From Octopus bimaculoides (lineage: Eukaryota): a stretch of DNA of 36,955 bases. The translations under genes and the position numbers were made by a program. The number at the start of each line of letters is the position of its first letter. Position 1 is the stretch's first letter. The notes beneath the pieces were generated by a model, which ran no database searches, was not told the origin of the DNA, and worked only from the letters and a program-made list of their open reading frames with translations. Below, piece after piece: positions 1 to 10,689 of the stretch. The stretch lies in assembly GCF_001194135.2 (NCBI RefSeq), contig NC_068995.1, positions 25,714,576 through 25,751,530 on the forward strand, written 5' to 3'.

Positions 1-30
<30 letters not shown>
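1..30. repeat. (AT)n(AC)n microsatellite
   Basis: Read directly from the sequence. Confidence 0.95.
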
Positions 31-31
<1 letters not shown>

Positions 32-32
32 T

Positions 33-320
33 ATCACCGACTCCTTTACCCGCACTTCTAGTAACGTCATTTACTGCATCTCCTGCTCTTTCTGCTCTTC
101 TCTATACATCGGTCAAACAGGACGCCGCTTGGCACCTCCGAGACATCAGACTCTGCAATGACACCCCGGTCTCGCGCCATGTCCGCTCTACCGGTCATTC
201 ACTACAACATCTTTCTGTGTTAGGACTATCTTTTCACAGGGGCCATCTGGACTACCGTCTTCGCTGTGAACAGGAATTAATCTTCTCTCGTTGCTCCTTT
301 GCGTCACATGGGTTCAACTC
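33..320 (+). pseudogene. Penelope-like element GIY-YIG endonuclease remnant (3' end of ORF)
   Basis: Manual translation from 33 gives ITDSFTRTSSNVIYCISCSFCSSLYIGQTGRRLA. After a small deletion/frameshift it continues LRDIRLCNDTPVSRHVRSTGHSLQHLSVLGL...EQELIFSRCSFASHGFN. This is the NVIY..C..C...YIGQT / PV.RH / EQ.LI...P.G.N pattern of PLE endonucleases. Not in the ORF track. Confidence 0.85.
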
Positions 321-437
321 CCCTCCTCTCGTCCTCTGACTTACCCCTCTTCTCTTCATCTAACACCTACTTCCTCTCTTCACTCCAACCACCTACTCTC
401 ATCATTGATACCTCTCCATCTGCACAGACACCATCCC

Positions 438-1060
438 TACCCCACATACCTACCCCACATTCTACACGCCTACCCCCACATTCTACACGCCTACCCCCAC
501 ATTCTAAACGCCTACCCCCACATCCCCATACCACCACACCATATCATACCACACCACATCATACCACACCACATCATACCACCCCACACAACTCCACACA
601 GGCGATCACTGACCACGTCTACCTACCCTCCACATCACCAGACCCCACTCATACCCCATACAAACCCCGACACACCCAACACACCACACACCACCACACC
701 ACATCATACCACCCCACACAACTCCACACAGACGATCACTGACCACGTCTACCTACCCTCCACATCACCAGACCCCACTCATACTCCACACAAACCCCGA
801 CACACCCAACACACCACACACCACAACACACCCCAAACCACCACATCACACCACACCACACCACTCCACAAACACTAGCACTGACCCCTTCCCAGCATCC
901 ACACCGTACGCCATCATCTGCACAGCCACACACCATCATCCGCACAGTCATACAACATTATCCACACACGCACACATTACAGACGCACACACTTATACAC
1001 GCGTACATCCACTCACGTCAAAGTCACTAGCCCCTATCCACACGCACGTTCTCGCATACA
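438..1060 (+). repeat. C/A-rich compound minisatellite in the PLE 3' tail
   Basis: About four 21-bp units (ctacccccacattctacacgc) at about 438-520, (ccaca)-type repeats, and a 130-bp tandem duplication (ggcgatcactgaccacgtct at 601 recurs as gacgatcactgaccacgtct at 731). Confidence 0.9.
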
Positions 1061-1211
1061 CGTACGCGCACCTTCATTTTGGGATCACCAATACTTCATT
1101 ATTTCCTCTTCTTTCTACTTCTCCAGTCAAACTTTTTTCAACCAGTCGCCAAGCTTGACCCTTAAATCCACAAGTTTTTTTTTATATTTTCTCTCTGTTT
1201 ATTTTCTCTTA

Positions 1212-1255
1212 TTCATTTCTGTTAAAGAGCGTAGGCTCGAAACGTAAAAGACTTT
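1212..1255 (+). ncRNA. Degenerate minimal hammerhead-like motif in PLE pseudo-LTR
   Basis: ttt-CTGTTAA-a-GAGC gtag GCTC-GAA-ACGT-A-aaa. It has a 4-bp stem II, GAAA and a palindromic ACGT stem III, but the core differs from CUGANGA at 2 positions. Confidence 0.35.
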
Positions 1256-1347
1256 CTCACTTTCCTGTTTGTCGTCTTTGTCTTTTGTTTTTCTNNNNNN
1301 NNNNNNNNNNNNNNNNNNNNNNNNNNNNNNNNNNNNNNNNNNNNNNN

Positions 1348-1390
<43 letters not shown>
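1348..1390. repeat. (TA)n microsatellite abutting an N gap (1295-1347)
   Basis: Read directly from the sequence. Confidence 0.95.
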
Positions 1391-1392
<2 letters not shown>

Positions 1393-1587
1393 GCGCAACA
1401 AGTATTGATGTCAATAGTTTATACATCAATATGCATGCGTATATATGTTTGTTTCTGTTGCTTATTAGGGTATATAAATCAAAGTATATAAGAGCAAAAA
1501 TAAAAATAAAGATAAAAAGTTAAATATAAAGAATATACACACACACACACATATACACACTCTCACATTCGTCATCATTGTTATTAT

Positions 1588-1840
1588 CAAAGCGGCGACC
1601 TGGTAGAATCATTAGCACGCTGGACGAAATGGTTAGCGGTATTTCACCCATCGTTACGTTTTGAGTTCAAATTCCGCCGAGGTCGACTTTGTCTTTCGTC
1701 CTTTCGGGGTCGATGAAATAAGTACCAACTGAACACTGAGATCGCGGGGTCGATAAAATAAATACCAGTCAAAGATTAGGATCGATGTTATCGACTCATC
1801 CCCACCTCCTCCAAGCTGCCCTTGTGACAAGAAATCGAAA
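1588..1840 (+). mobile_element. tRNA-derived SINE, family A, with a duplicated 40-bp central segment
   Basis: Head gcggcgacctggtagaatcattagc, B-box-like gagttcaaattcc, central cctttcggggtcgatNaaataagtacca. Homologous to copies at 11389, 21141 and 31039. Confidence 0.85.
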
Positions 1841-1899
1841 TAATAATATTAATAATAATAATAATCATTATTATTATTATTATTATTATTACTATTATT

Positions 1900-1930
<31 letters not shown>

Positions 1931-1939
1931 TTATTATTA

Positions 1940-1982
<43 letters not shown>
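1840..1982. repeat. (AAT)n/(ATT)n microsatellite
   Basis: Read directly; it follows the SINE 3' end. Confidence 0.95.
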
Positions 1983-2062
1983 TTACAATATGACTGAAAG
2001 CTTGGGGAGGGGAAATGGTAGGGGCGGTAGCGATATATCTTCATGTAATACTACACAGTCAT

Positions 2063-3470
2063 TTAAATGGATAGAGTTTTTCTAAGGATGTAGGCAGTAC
2101 TAGTCAGTACAATCTTTTGGATTTCTCTGAGACATGGTTCTCCTGGAATGTTATCTAGATGTATCTNNNNNNNNNNCTAGTCAGTACAATCTTTTGGATT
2201 TCTCTGAGACATGGTTCTCCTGGAATGTTATCTAGATGTATCTGATATCCCTCTTTTATCACAATAACAGGAACAGTTCTCGCTTTAAGATGCGACATCT
2301 TTTGTATTTCCATTTACAGGTCCTTATATTTACTTAATTTGTCAAATTCCTTTACAGATATATTTTTATCAGTGGGAACACTTACATCTATTAGACTACA
2401 AGTATTTTCTTCCAACTCTTTAATGACTATATCTGCTCTATTAGCTTCGACCGTTCTGCCACTGCTGACTGGAAAATCCCAGAGAATAGTGACATTTTTA
2501 CCCTCAACGACTGGCTCAGGATGATATTCATGCCAGTAAGCAGGAGTGCTGATTTTGTAATGTTTACATATTTTCCAGTGTAAATACTGTCTTACCCTAT
2601 CGTGACGATTTTTGTATTCGTTTGGTGTCAGCAAAGGACATCCCGAGGCGAGATGGTCTATTGTTTCGTTAAATGTGTCGTAGACGTTTTAAAGAACGTT
2701 AGTCTGATAGTTTTTGGTGAGTAAGCTTTGATCTTGTGCCGCCAATAGGAAACCTTCAATCTCTGCTTTCTGTCCTGAACTTCTCACTCATTGACGGGTT
2801 GTTGCTTGGTCTATATACTTCGAAGTATATACTGTCCATGTAGAGGTTTCTGTTTACACCGCCCCTCAATTTGTTTCTGGCCGTTCTTTTTTGCAGACTG
2901 CTTGATCCGTTTTGCTTGATTGGTGGCAGTGGTTTCAGGTTTTTCTTATCTAATTCAGAGTTAATGCCAAGTTCCCTTGCAAATTTGCAAGCTTCTTTAA
3001 CGATAGAATGTGATTTTTTGCTGCTTTCATGTTTGCACACAAGCCGTAGCATCCAATCCTCTGTACTAGGTAAGTACCTGTTCCTTGTCATTGTGGAGGT
3101 TTTATAACACAGTTCTATCTGCATCGTTCCTATTCTCTCATTACTTCTAGGCAGACACAGACAATGAACGTCTGCTTTTGGGTCGTGCACGTTCTTAGCT
3201 GTTAGTAGTTGTCTATCCATGCATACTCAGGTTCTTTTTACTCCGGCAATTTTCTACAATAATTTTTTTTATGAGTAATTGATCTTTTCCCCCATAACAA
3301 TTTCTTTTCCAACCTTGTTGAGCTTGTCGAAGGATCGAGTTCTGTTCAAGGAAAGCGTATATTCTTTCAGTTAGTATGTGAGGATCTTGAAGGTGCTGTT
3401 GAGACATGCTATTGGTCGGTAGTTCTTTGGATTTTTTGTGTCTTCAGTGTTTGGTAGAAGGATTTGTTTA
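2063..3470 (-). mobile_element. R4/Dong-like non-LTR retrotransposon remnant (RT plus restriction-like endonuclease), internally deleted
   Basis: Minus-strand motifs: KNYRPIACLNSTFKIL and KDQLLI..KNLSM (RT); H.PKADV..L.LPR; RHDRV..YLHWKICKHY, ILWDF, ANRADIV, IDVSVP.D.N...KEFDKLSKYKDL (RLE domain); ends EIQKIVLTSTAYILRKTLSI-stop at 2063. Confidence 0.85.
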
Positions 3471-3746
3471 TCATCATCATTGTTATTATTATTGTTGTTG
3501 TTAACATATTTGATTCGCTATGTGAAAACTTCGGTTATTCTGTTCTTTTCCGAAGCACAATGTAATTAAACATTACCAAGAGGAATTTTCTTTTGAGTAC
3601 TTGTAAAAATGAATTATAATTCCCCAAGAAAACTTTTGCACTGAATGTCTGATGGTACATGTGTAAGGGTTTCTTGCACACATTTTTAAAAAAACATAGA
3701 AGAGCACAAAGTAAAACAAATAGTTGTAACTACGAAAAGGAGAAAA

Positions 3747-4730
3747 ATGAACATTTTAGATAAAATTGTCCCAAACACTCAAACAGGTAGTTTCAAAGGT
3801 AACGATCGTAATAGCAACAGTGGCGACTCATACATAGAGACAAACACAAGGATTCGTTCATACAGAAGTTGTGTCAAAGTGAAGCTTCTTTTAAAACAAA
3901 CTGAAGAAACAGAATTTTTACACTTATCAAAACTACAAGAGAATTTGTAAGCCCGAGCAACATTTCTGTCCAACAGAAGCTAATCTAGGAGAAAGTAAAG
4001 AGGGAAACCATACACCTTCACTTCCCAAGCGACGGAAGTGAACTAAATCTACCTTTACAAGAAATACAAAAAGCTTTTCAGTACATCTCATGAATATCTT
4101 CTCGACTGAAGAAGCCAAAAGCTATGGCACTATATGCTGTACCTTCAAAACTGAAGACTCAGTCAAAACACAGGCTGAAATCGTCAGACATGCTACAGAG
4201 TATACATTTGTACCCCAGTACATGGGGAAAAGAAATAAAAGAGTACATCATGTATCGAGACAACGCAATGTAGATTCGTGGCTAGTCGTCACTTTTGCAG
4301 CAGAGTATGAGTGAATGGTCAAAGTAGAACTAACGAGAAATGACATGTGATCAAGGAGGTCAAAATGGGTTTACAAGTCCTAATGACGCTTCCGAAGGCC
4401 TTAGAGTCATACTGGAACTCTGCTCACTAAAAGGCGCCGAGACAAATGGAATAAGATTAATGATACAAGGGGGACAAAAATTAGCTATTGTATCTGTCGT
4501 GCTAAGAATAGTCCGAGAATGCGCTGAAAAAAACTTCTTATATTTATTCCCGTGCAGAACTATCTACTTTTAAAATCTTAATGTTTCCATTCACTGTGTA
4601 ACTTCTCCCTCCCCTCCTCTTTCGTATTTGTAAATTTTTCTTTCACTCTCCGCTTTTTCTTTCTTTGTAATCCCTAGTAAAAGATTCATACTTATGTATC
4701 TCTGCGAGTTATTGCGCTAATAAAGACTAG
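3747..4730 (+). pseudogene. Degraded L1/Tx1-like ORF1 (gag-like) remnant followed by a polyA signal
   Basis: Broken frames contain FVPQYMGKR..RV....DSWL and MIQGGQKLAIV followed by an eroded C..C....H....C-like knuckle (CRAK..VREC). An AATAAA lies near 4719. No ORF2 follows. Confidence 0.4.
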
Positions 4731-5039
4731 GTAATCATAGCTATTATAAGGTTGAACAGAACTACTCTAAGCATGCGCCTATACATTGGAAAATAACAGC
4801 TAGCAAAGTCTTGTGCCCTTAGTGGTCAAGGTGATACTAGATCTGTAGGGTTTCCTTGAATGGACTTAGTTGGAGACTCACTAATATCAAGGGGACTGTA
4901 GCATGTGTATGTTCACATATTTTGTATACTAATATATAGATTAATTATGAATGCTAATTACATAATTATATAAACAATTATCTTTATTGCTAATGAAACA
5001 TCCGTTAAGCACAATTAAATTTGTGCTTTTCTGTTTATA

Positions 5040-6290
5040 TTCTAAATATCTTATATACCGTGTATACTTTTTATCCCATCTATCCCTTCTCTCTCTGTTT
5101 TCCCCGTATCTTTTTATGAAAATCCCCATACTGATGTAAACAATCCTTGTAATGACTCCGTCATCCGATGTCCCCGCTATTCCAGACATCCTTAGATATC
5201 GCGATATGGGCAGTTTTTCTGGATCCAAACTGTAAATTCGTCTTAGACGCTTACAGCAGCTAAAGCAGTAACTTCAGACTAATGACCATATATGCCTCGA
5301 GGTGGCTCGATTTCTTCGGAGTTTTTCCGAGGACGTCCTGATTTGTAGTACTGGCAAGGGATTGAAATTACATTTCACACGCACGGTGGGATGGTGTGGG
5401 ACTAAAGTGTAGAAGAATGGAGCGAAAAAGCTAGAAAAACCTGCTCTGAAGTATTCGACTTCTTCCACAGGTACCGACTGGATTTCTTGGATGTGCCCCA
5501 AGTAGCATATAGATAGAGTTTTTGTTAGACCAGCGAATATGTATAGTGTAGGATGACAACAATTCAAGTTCGTCGGCCACACGGACCATAACTTTGTGGT
5601 CTGCATGGATGACTTGTATAGAACTTATAAGCAGGAATCGGGTAACTGGAAGTTGAATGTATCGCAACCGATTTGCAAAGACTCGAGGGACCTAGTTAGT
5701 GAATTAAATAACAGTTGCCGGAAGCAGTTCTCAAAAACTAGTGATGAATATATACATAGTCGTGGCACTCCTTCAGTTACGATAGCGATGGTTCCAGTTG
5801 ATCCGATCAACGGAACAGCCTGCTCGTGAAATTAACGTGCAAGTGGCTGAGCACTCCACAGACACGTGTACCCTTAACGTAGTTCTCGGGGAGATTCAGC
5901 GTGACACAGATTGTGCCAAGGTTGGCCCTTTGAAATACAGGTACAACAGAAGCAGGAAGAAAGAGCGAGAGAAAGTTGTGGTGAAAGAGTACAGCGGGGT
6001 TCGCCACCACCCCCTGCCGGAGCCTCATTGAGCTTTAAGTGTTTTCGCTCAATAAACACTCACAATACCCGGTCTGGGAATCGAGACCTCGATCCTACGA
6101 CCGCGAGTCCGCTGTCCTAACCACTGGGTCATTGCGCCTCCACTATACATACATACCAACACAAGAAATATTGGTGGAACATTCTCATTTAGCCTTTTAC
6201 CAAGTTCAAACACAACATGTCTAATATGGTCTTTTAGGGCGTAAAAGCAGCATTATACTTAGTGAAAGAAGCTAGCTACCCTGCAGATGC
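5040..6290 (-). pseudogene. Possible DIRS/Ngaro tyrosine recombinase remnant, split by a SINE
   Basis: Scattered minus-strand fragments in the expected YR order: LASFTK..YNAAF, FI..L.PATV, HKVM..PT..GLTK, YFRAGFSSFFAPFF, LQIRTS, SH..RI..SMG, DRWDKKYTRYIR (compare GRW.S..Y..YIR). Heavily frameshifted. Confidence 0.35.
5763..6143 (-). mobile_element. tRNA-derived SINE, family C, full length with 8-bp TSD
   Basis: Minus head gtggaggcgcaatgacccagtggttagg with B-box-like region. TSD tatacata at 5751-5758 and 6144-6151. Close match to the copy at 36693-36955. Confidence 0.9.
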
Positions 6291-6679
6291 GAACATTTCT
6301 TCCATAATCAGCGGTAAGAAGTATATTTATGTACAGCTACTTCGAAACTTGTAGGTCTTGTACCATGACTATAATTTCACATTTATACCAATTGATGCAA
6401 GTGGGTATCATGGTAAACGTCTACGTGGGGGGATGTCAATCAAGAAAAGCTCGGATTTTCAAGAAAAGTAAGATAATGGCTAATATGCATTTCATAGACA
6501 CAATCTGTAAGTGAAAGACTAAAAAGATACAAAACTTACGAAAAACTCATTATGTAACAATTATCCTTGTTGCTACACAAATTCCACTGATAGAGCTTCT
6601 ATTTCTTCGATAGAAACCGGTTCCGGTCTTCCAGGAAGAATTCTAATAAATATTTTTTTTTAAAAATAAGTTTACATAT

Positions 6680-6765
6680 GCGCAGGTACGAATTGCTTCC
6701 CAACCACATGACTTCGGGTTCAGCCCCACTGCGTGGCACCTTGGGAGAGTGTCTGGTTCTATAGA
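6680..6765 (+). mobile_element. SINE family B, 5' head fragment
   Basis: gcttcccaaccacatgacttcgggttcagccccactgcgtggcaccttggg matches the heads of the B copies at 10178-10567 and 24830-25237. Confidence 0.75.
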
Positions 6766-7079
6766 CATAAAAAAAGTAAAAGAAAGAGATGTATATATAT
6801 TTATATGTATGCTTATCTGTGTCTGTGTGTAGTGTGTATTTGCAGAAAAATAGTAAGAATTCATCATTGAAGTAGAGAGTCACAATATATATTTATTAAG
6901 CCAAATGTTCAAAGTTTGCGACCAGGTATTTTATGTCTAATTCTCAAATAAAATCTGAACATTAAAACACTACTTTTAATATAACCTAATGTATCCTTGC
7001 TTTCGCACCTTATAAATGTGATAACGTTGAAAGTTCAATTATAATCTTTTCTGATGTGAAAATATTTTAATATCCCTGA

Positions 7080-8280
7080 AGAAGTAAAAACATCTTGAAT
7101 GCAAAAACAACACTGTTAGCGTTACTCATGAATTTTCACACAACAGATCCGTTACAGAAAAATTTTCTTTCTGTATTTTTGTTTTTGTTTGTTTTTTCAT
7201 TTTGTGTTCCACTAACTCATTTTCCCAACCTTTGATTTTGCAGTTTGTGCGTGAATAAAAAAAATTTAATAGCCTAGGATACCCGAATAATGTGACTGAA
7301 TAGCATCGATATATTTATTTATTATTCTTTACATATTGATTTATTCATAGATCTTATTCGTTTTTGATAGATATACCCAATCAAGTATTTTTGTTTTATA
7401 TACAATCAACCAACCATTTTTATTTATTCGATTTTATCTTTACACATGCATCCAGTCAAAAGCTTACTTTTTACTTTTATTTTCTTAAACGATTTTCAAC
7501 TCTTTCCCTGAGCAAAGCATATCAACGTGGTAGAGTAGTTTTTCTGTTTTTCTTTTTGTTCTCGAGTTTCTTCCACTCCTTTTTCGCTCATATTTCGCTT
7601 TCTGATTATTTTTTTTCTCTGATGATACCCGTAGTGAAATCTCTACAACGTTTGTTTTTATTCGTTTTGTATCTCTGTTACTTTCTGTCACCATTGTTTT
7701 CGCTCTTTAATTACTTTTGCTCCTCTTATTCCTTTTCTCTCTCACAATCTTTCACATTCTTGCATCATCTTTTTAATAAAGCTTCTGCATTGAGAAACCA
7801 GGTCATCCTGTTAAAATCGCAAAGCAAGAACACACCTTAAGACAATACATGTCACACAGTATTATTCCATAAGAATCATGCTATTTTTGACGATATTCAT
7901 TCAGGCGATAGCGTAATACATCCAACATCCTTTGCCGATGTGCTTGAAAACAATGTTGCATACAAAATTAGTTGTACATGTGCGGCAAAATATATAGGAT
8001 TTACCCATTTCTAGAAAGCCATATGTATCGTCAAGTGCTGTGTTCCTACAAAGTTTTACAGGAAGCACTCAGGCCTTAGCGGAAAACAAAGACACAGTAA
8101 CCGTCCCGATAATCGCAACTCTTTTTATTATCCAAGAATAAAATTCAACCCTACAGCTCTTTGTTTGTTCATTTAACTTAATTTCATATTTACCCATTTA
8201 TCTAACCTTATTTCAATCTACTTCTCTGGTTGAACAAGCTGATAGGTGAAACTCGAAGTCCCAGTCAAGCTACTCTTCAC
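7080..8280 (+). mobile_element. Highly degraded Penelope-like element remnant (RT C-terminus, GIY-YIG, pLTR)
   Basis: ENNVAYKISCTCAAKYIGFT at 7946-8005 (GIY-YIG). LGYPNN near 7272-7290 and a SVY.K-like trace near 7150 fit the RT thumb. A hammerhead-like fold lies at 8226. A T-rich segment at about 7300-7750 interrupts the element. Confidence 0.55.
8226..8264 (+). ncRNA. Degenerate type I hammerhead ribozyme fold
   Basis: CTGG-TTGAACA-AGCT gat AGGT-GAA-ACT cga AGT-C-CCAG. Stem I 4 bp, stem II 3/4 bp, stem III 3 bp, GUC site. The core has 2 substitutions (C3U, G8C). Confidence 0.5.
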
Positions 8281-8699
8281 AATTTCACTGTACTCACAGT
8301 ATCGCGGCATCTCATCAGTAAATGTTCTGTGGTTAGTCTTAAACTTTTATGATGATAAGTTTATTTTAACATCTACTTAGCTCCTTTACTCCTCTACGCA
8401 TCTATCAAACAATCCGTTTTTCCATGTTTCCATCAACCTGTTTATACTTCCATCTGCATATCTAGCCGTCTATTTATCTATCTGCTCGTCTAGATTTTTC
8501 TCTAAATGTCTATCTCACAGTGTTTGTCTATAAGGTTAAACAGTAAAACCTAATTCAACAGAAAATCTCATATTGTCTGTAAAAATATTCTGATATTATG
8601 CGTACATTAGGATATATCAGCATTTATTTAATAAGTTTCTCGCGCTGCTATAACAAAGACATTATAGACAGACTAATCTTGCTTGAGATGCATCAACAC

Positions 8700-8812
8700 A
8701 TTATGTGTACGTGTATTTTATGTATTTTATGCATGTGTGTGTGTATGTGTGTGTGCGCGCACACACGCGTATGAGTGGTTAAATATTTACACATGTATGG
8801 ATATATGTGTAC

Positions 8813-8849
<37 letters not shown>

Positions 8850-8882
8850 GCACGCACACACATACATACACACACAATCACA
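8700..8882. repeat. Compound (TG)/(CA)/(TA) microsatellite
   Basis: Read directly from the sequence. Confidence 0.85.
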
Positions 8883-8884
8883 TA

Positions 8885-10161
8885 TTGGGTTGGGAAGAAA
8901 GTAATTTCGTTTTTCACAAATAGATTGAGTTACGATTTTTTGAATGACTTTTGTCAATGTTATGATTTTTTCCTTTTGACATTTGATAGCCATTACTTTT
9001 AGCTTACTTTAGAAGCAAATTGCGCGTAATTTTGCTTACAGCTGTTAGTTCAGTGACAATTTTAACATGGAGTACAAAAACAAACATTTTCGCCATATGT
9101 TGCTTTTTTTTATTTCTGTAAAGGCAAGAAAACTGCCGAGGCTCACAAAGAAATATGTGAAGTTTATGGTGTTGATTAGTTAACAGAATGCATATGTCAG
9201 AAATGGTTTTAAAAATTCCATTCTGGAGATTTTTCACTCAAAGATGACCAACGTTCTGGTCAACCAACTGAAGTTGATGATGACCGAATTAAAAGCATAA
9301 TTGAATATGATTTTCATATAACTGGACGAGAGATTGCAGAGAGGTAAAATGTATCACACACAACAACTGAAAATCACTTAAAATGTTTTGAACTCGTTAA
9401 GAAGCTCGATATTTGGGTTCCACATAAATTGAAAGAGATTCACTTAACGAATCAATATTTGCGATATACACCTCAAATGCATTGAAATCGACCTGTGAAA
9501 CGAATCATCACTAGTGATGAAAAATGGATTGTATACAATAACATCAATCGAAAACAATCATGGTCCAAGCTTAATGAACCAGCTCAAAACACATAGAAAG
9601 CTGAATTGCATGAAAAAAATGTCATGCTGTCAATTCAGTGAGATTACAAAAGTGTTGTGTATTTTGAGCTGCTTCCAAGGAAACAAATGATCATTTCAGA
9701 TGTTTACTGTCAACAACTAATGGAACTGCAGGAAGCAATCAAAGAAAAACGGCTAGAATTGGCAAATCGTAAAGGAATCGTGTTCCACCATGATAATGTT
9801 AGACCACATACGTCTTTGCTAACTCATGAAAAATTACTGGAGCTTGGTTGGGAAGTGGTGTCACATACACCATATAGCCCTGACCTTGCACCATCAAATT
9901 ACCGTTTATTTCGAAGTTTGCAAAAGTCTTTGAACGGTAAAACTTTCAATAATGATGATGACCTGAAACCGCAGTTGCTTCAGTTTTTGGCTAAGGACCA
10001 GAAGCTCTATGATCGCGGAATCATGAAGTTGCCAGAAAGAGGGCAAAAGGTCATCGAACAAAATGGAAGATATATAATTGATTAAAATTCATTCTTTGTA
10101 TGAAAAAAAAATGACTTTTATTTCACACTAAAAAACCGAAATTACTTTCCTGCCAACCCAA
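8885..10161 (+). mobile_element. Full-length mariner (DD34D) transposon, inactive
   Basis: TA TSDs at 8883-84 and 10162-63. The 30-bp TIRs TTGGGTTGGGAAGAAAGTAATTTCGTTTTT and revcomp TTGGGTTGGCAGGAAAGTAATTTCGGTTTT match at 27/30. Length 1277 bp. Confidence 0.95.
9067..10085 (+). pseudogene. Mariner transposase pseudogene
   Basis: ATG at 9067 (MEYKNKHFRHMLL), WVPHKL, ITSDEKWIVYNN, HHDNVRPH, YSPDLAPSNY (third catalytic D changed to N). Several frameshifts and stops. Confidence 0.95.
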
Positions 10162-10177
10162 TACATATGTGTGTGTA

Positions 10178-10567
10178 TTTGCTTGTTTCAGTCATTGGAC
10201 TGCAGCCATGCTGGGGCGCCACCTTCAAGAGTTTAGTGCAGCAAGTCGACCCCAGTACTTATTTTCAAAGTCTGGTATTTATTCTATCGGTTCTCTTTTG
10301 CCGAACCGCTAAGTTACGGGAACTTAAACAAACCAACACTGGTAGTTAAGCAGTTTGTGGGGGACAAACACATATACAAAGACACACTCATATATGCACA
10401 CACAGAGAAATATACGACGGGATTCTTTCAGTTTCCGACTACCAAATTTACTTACAAGACTTTGTTCGACTCGAAGCTAGAGTAGAAGGCACCAAGGTTC
10501 CACGCAGTGGAACTGATCCCGGAATCATGTAGCTGAAAAACTAACTTCTTACCAAACGGCTGTGCCT
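10178..10567 (-). mobile_element. tRNA-derived SINE family B, near full length
   Basis: The tail tgaaacaag, the ccgtaacttagcggttcggcaaaagag block and the tRNA-like head are shared with 24830-25237. Confidence 0.9.
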
Positions 10568-10611
10568 GTACCATTAGTACACATGCGTATATACTTCATA
10601 GCTGTGAAAGA

Positions 10612-10614
<3 letters not shown>

Positions 10615-10650
<36 letters not shown>

Positions 10651-10670
10651 CGCGCGCGAGAGAGAGAGAG
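10615..10670. repeat. (TG)n(CG)n(AG)n microsatellite
   Basis: Read directly from the sequence. Confidence 0.9.
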
Positions 10671-10689
10671 ACTCATAGCCTCATTAGCT

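Noticed and set aside
291-951. Long His/Pro/Thr-rich ORFs (195, 147 and 71 aa)
   Set aside because: They are translations of the C/A minisatellite, which lacks stop codons by composition. No domain or splice evidence.
2100-2243. Exact 67-bp direct repeat (2100-2166 and 2177-2243)
   Set aside because: The identical copies flank a 10-N gap and the LINE frame needs only one. This is an unmerged contig overlap (assembly artefact).
6080-6143. tRNA genes at SINE heads (also 13060-13114, 25180-25237, 32500-32566)
   Set aside because: A/B-box-like motifs continue into SINE bodies and I could not fold a full cloverleaf with an acceptor stem.
7619-7650. CTGATGA...GAAA hammerhead-like spacing
   Set aside because: No credible stem III/NUH or stem I pairing; at best an unrecognisably decayed copy.
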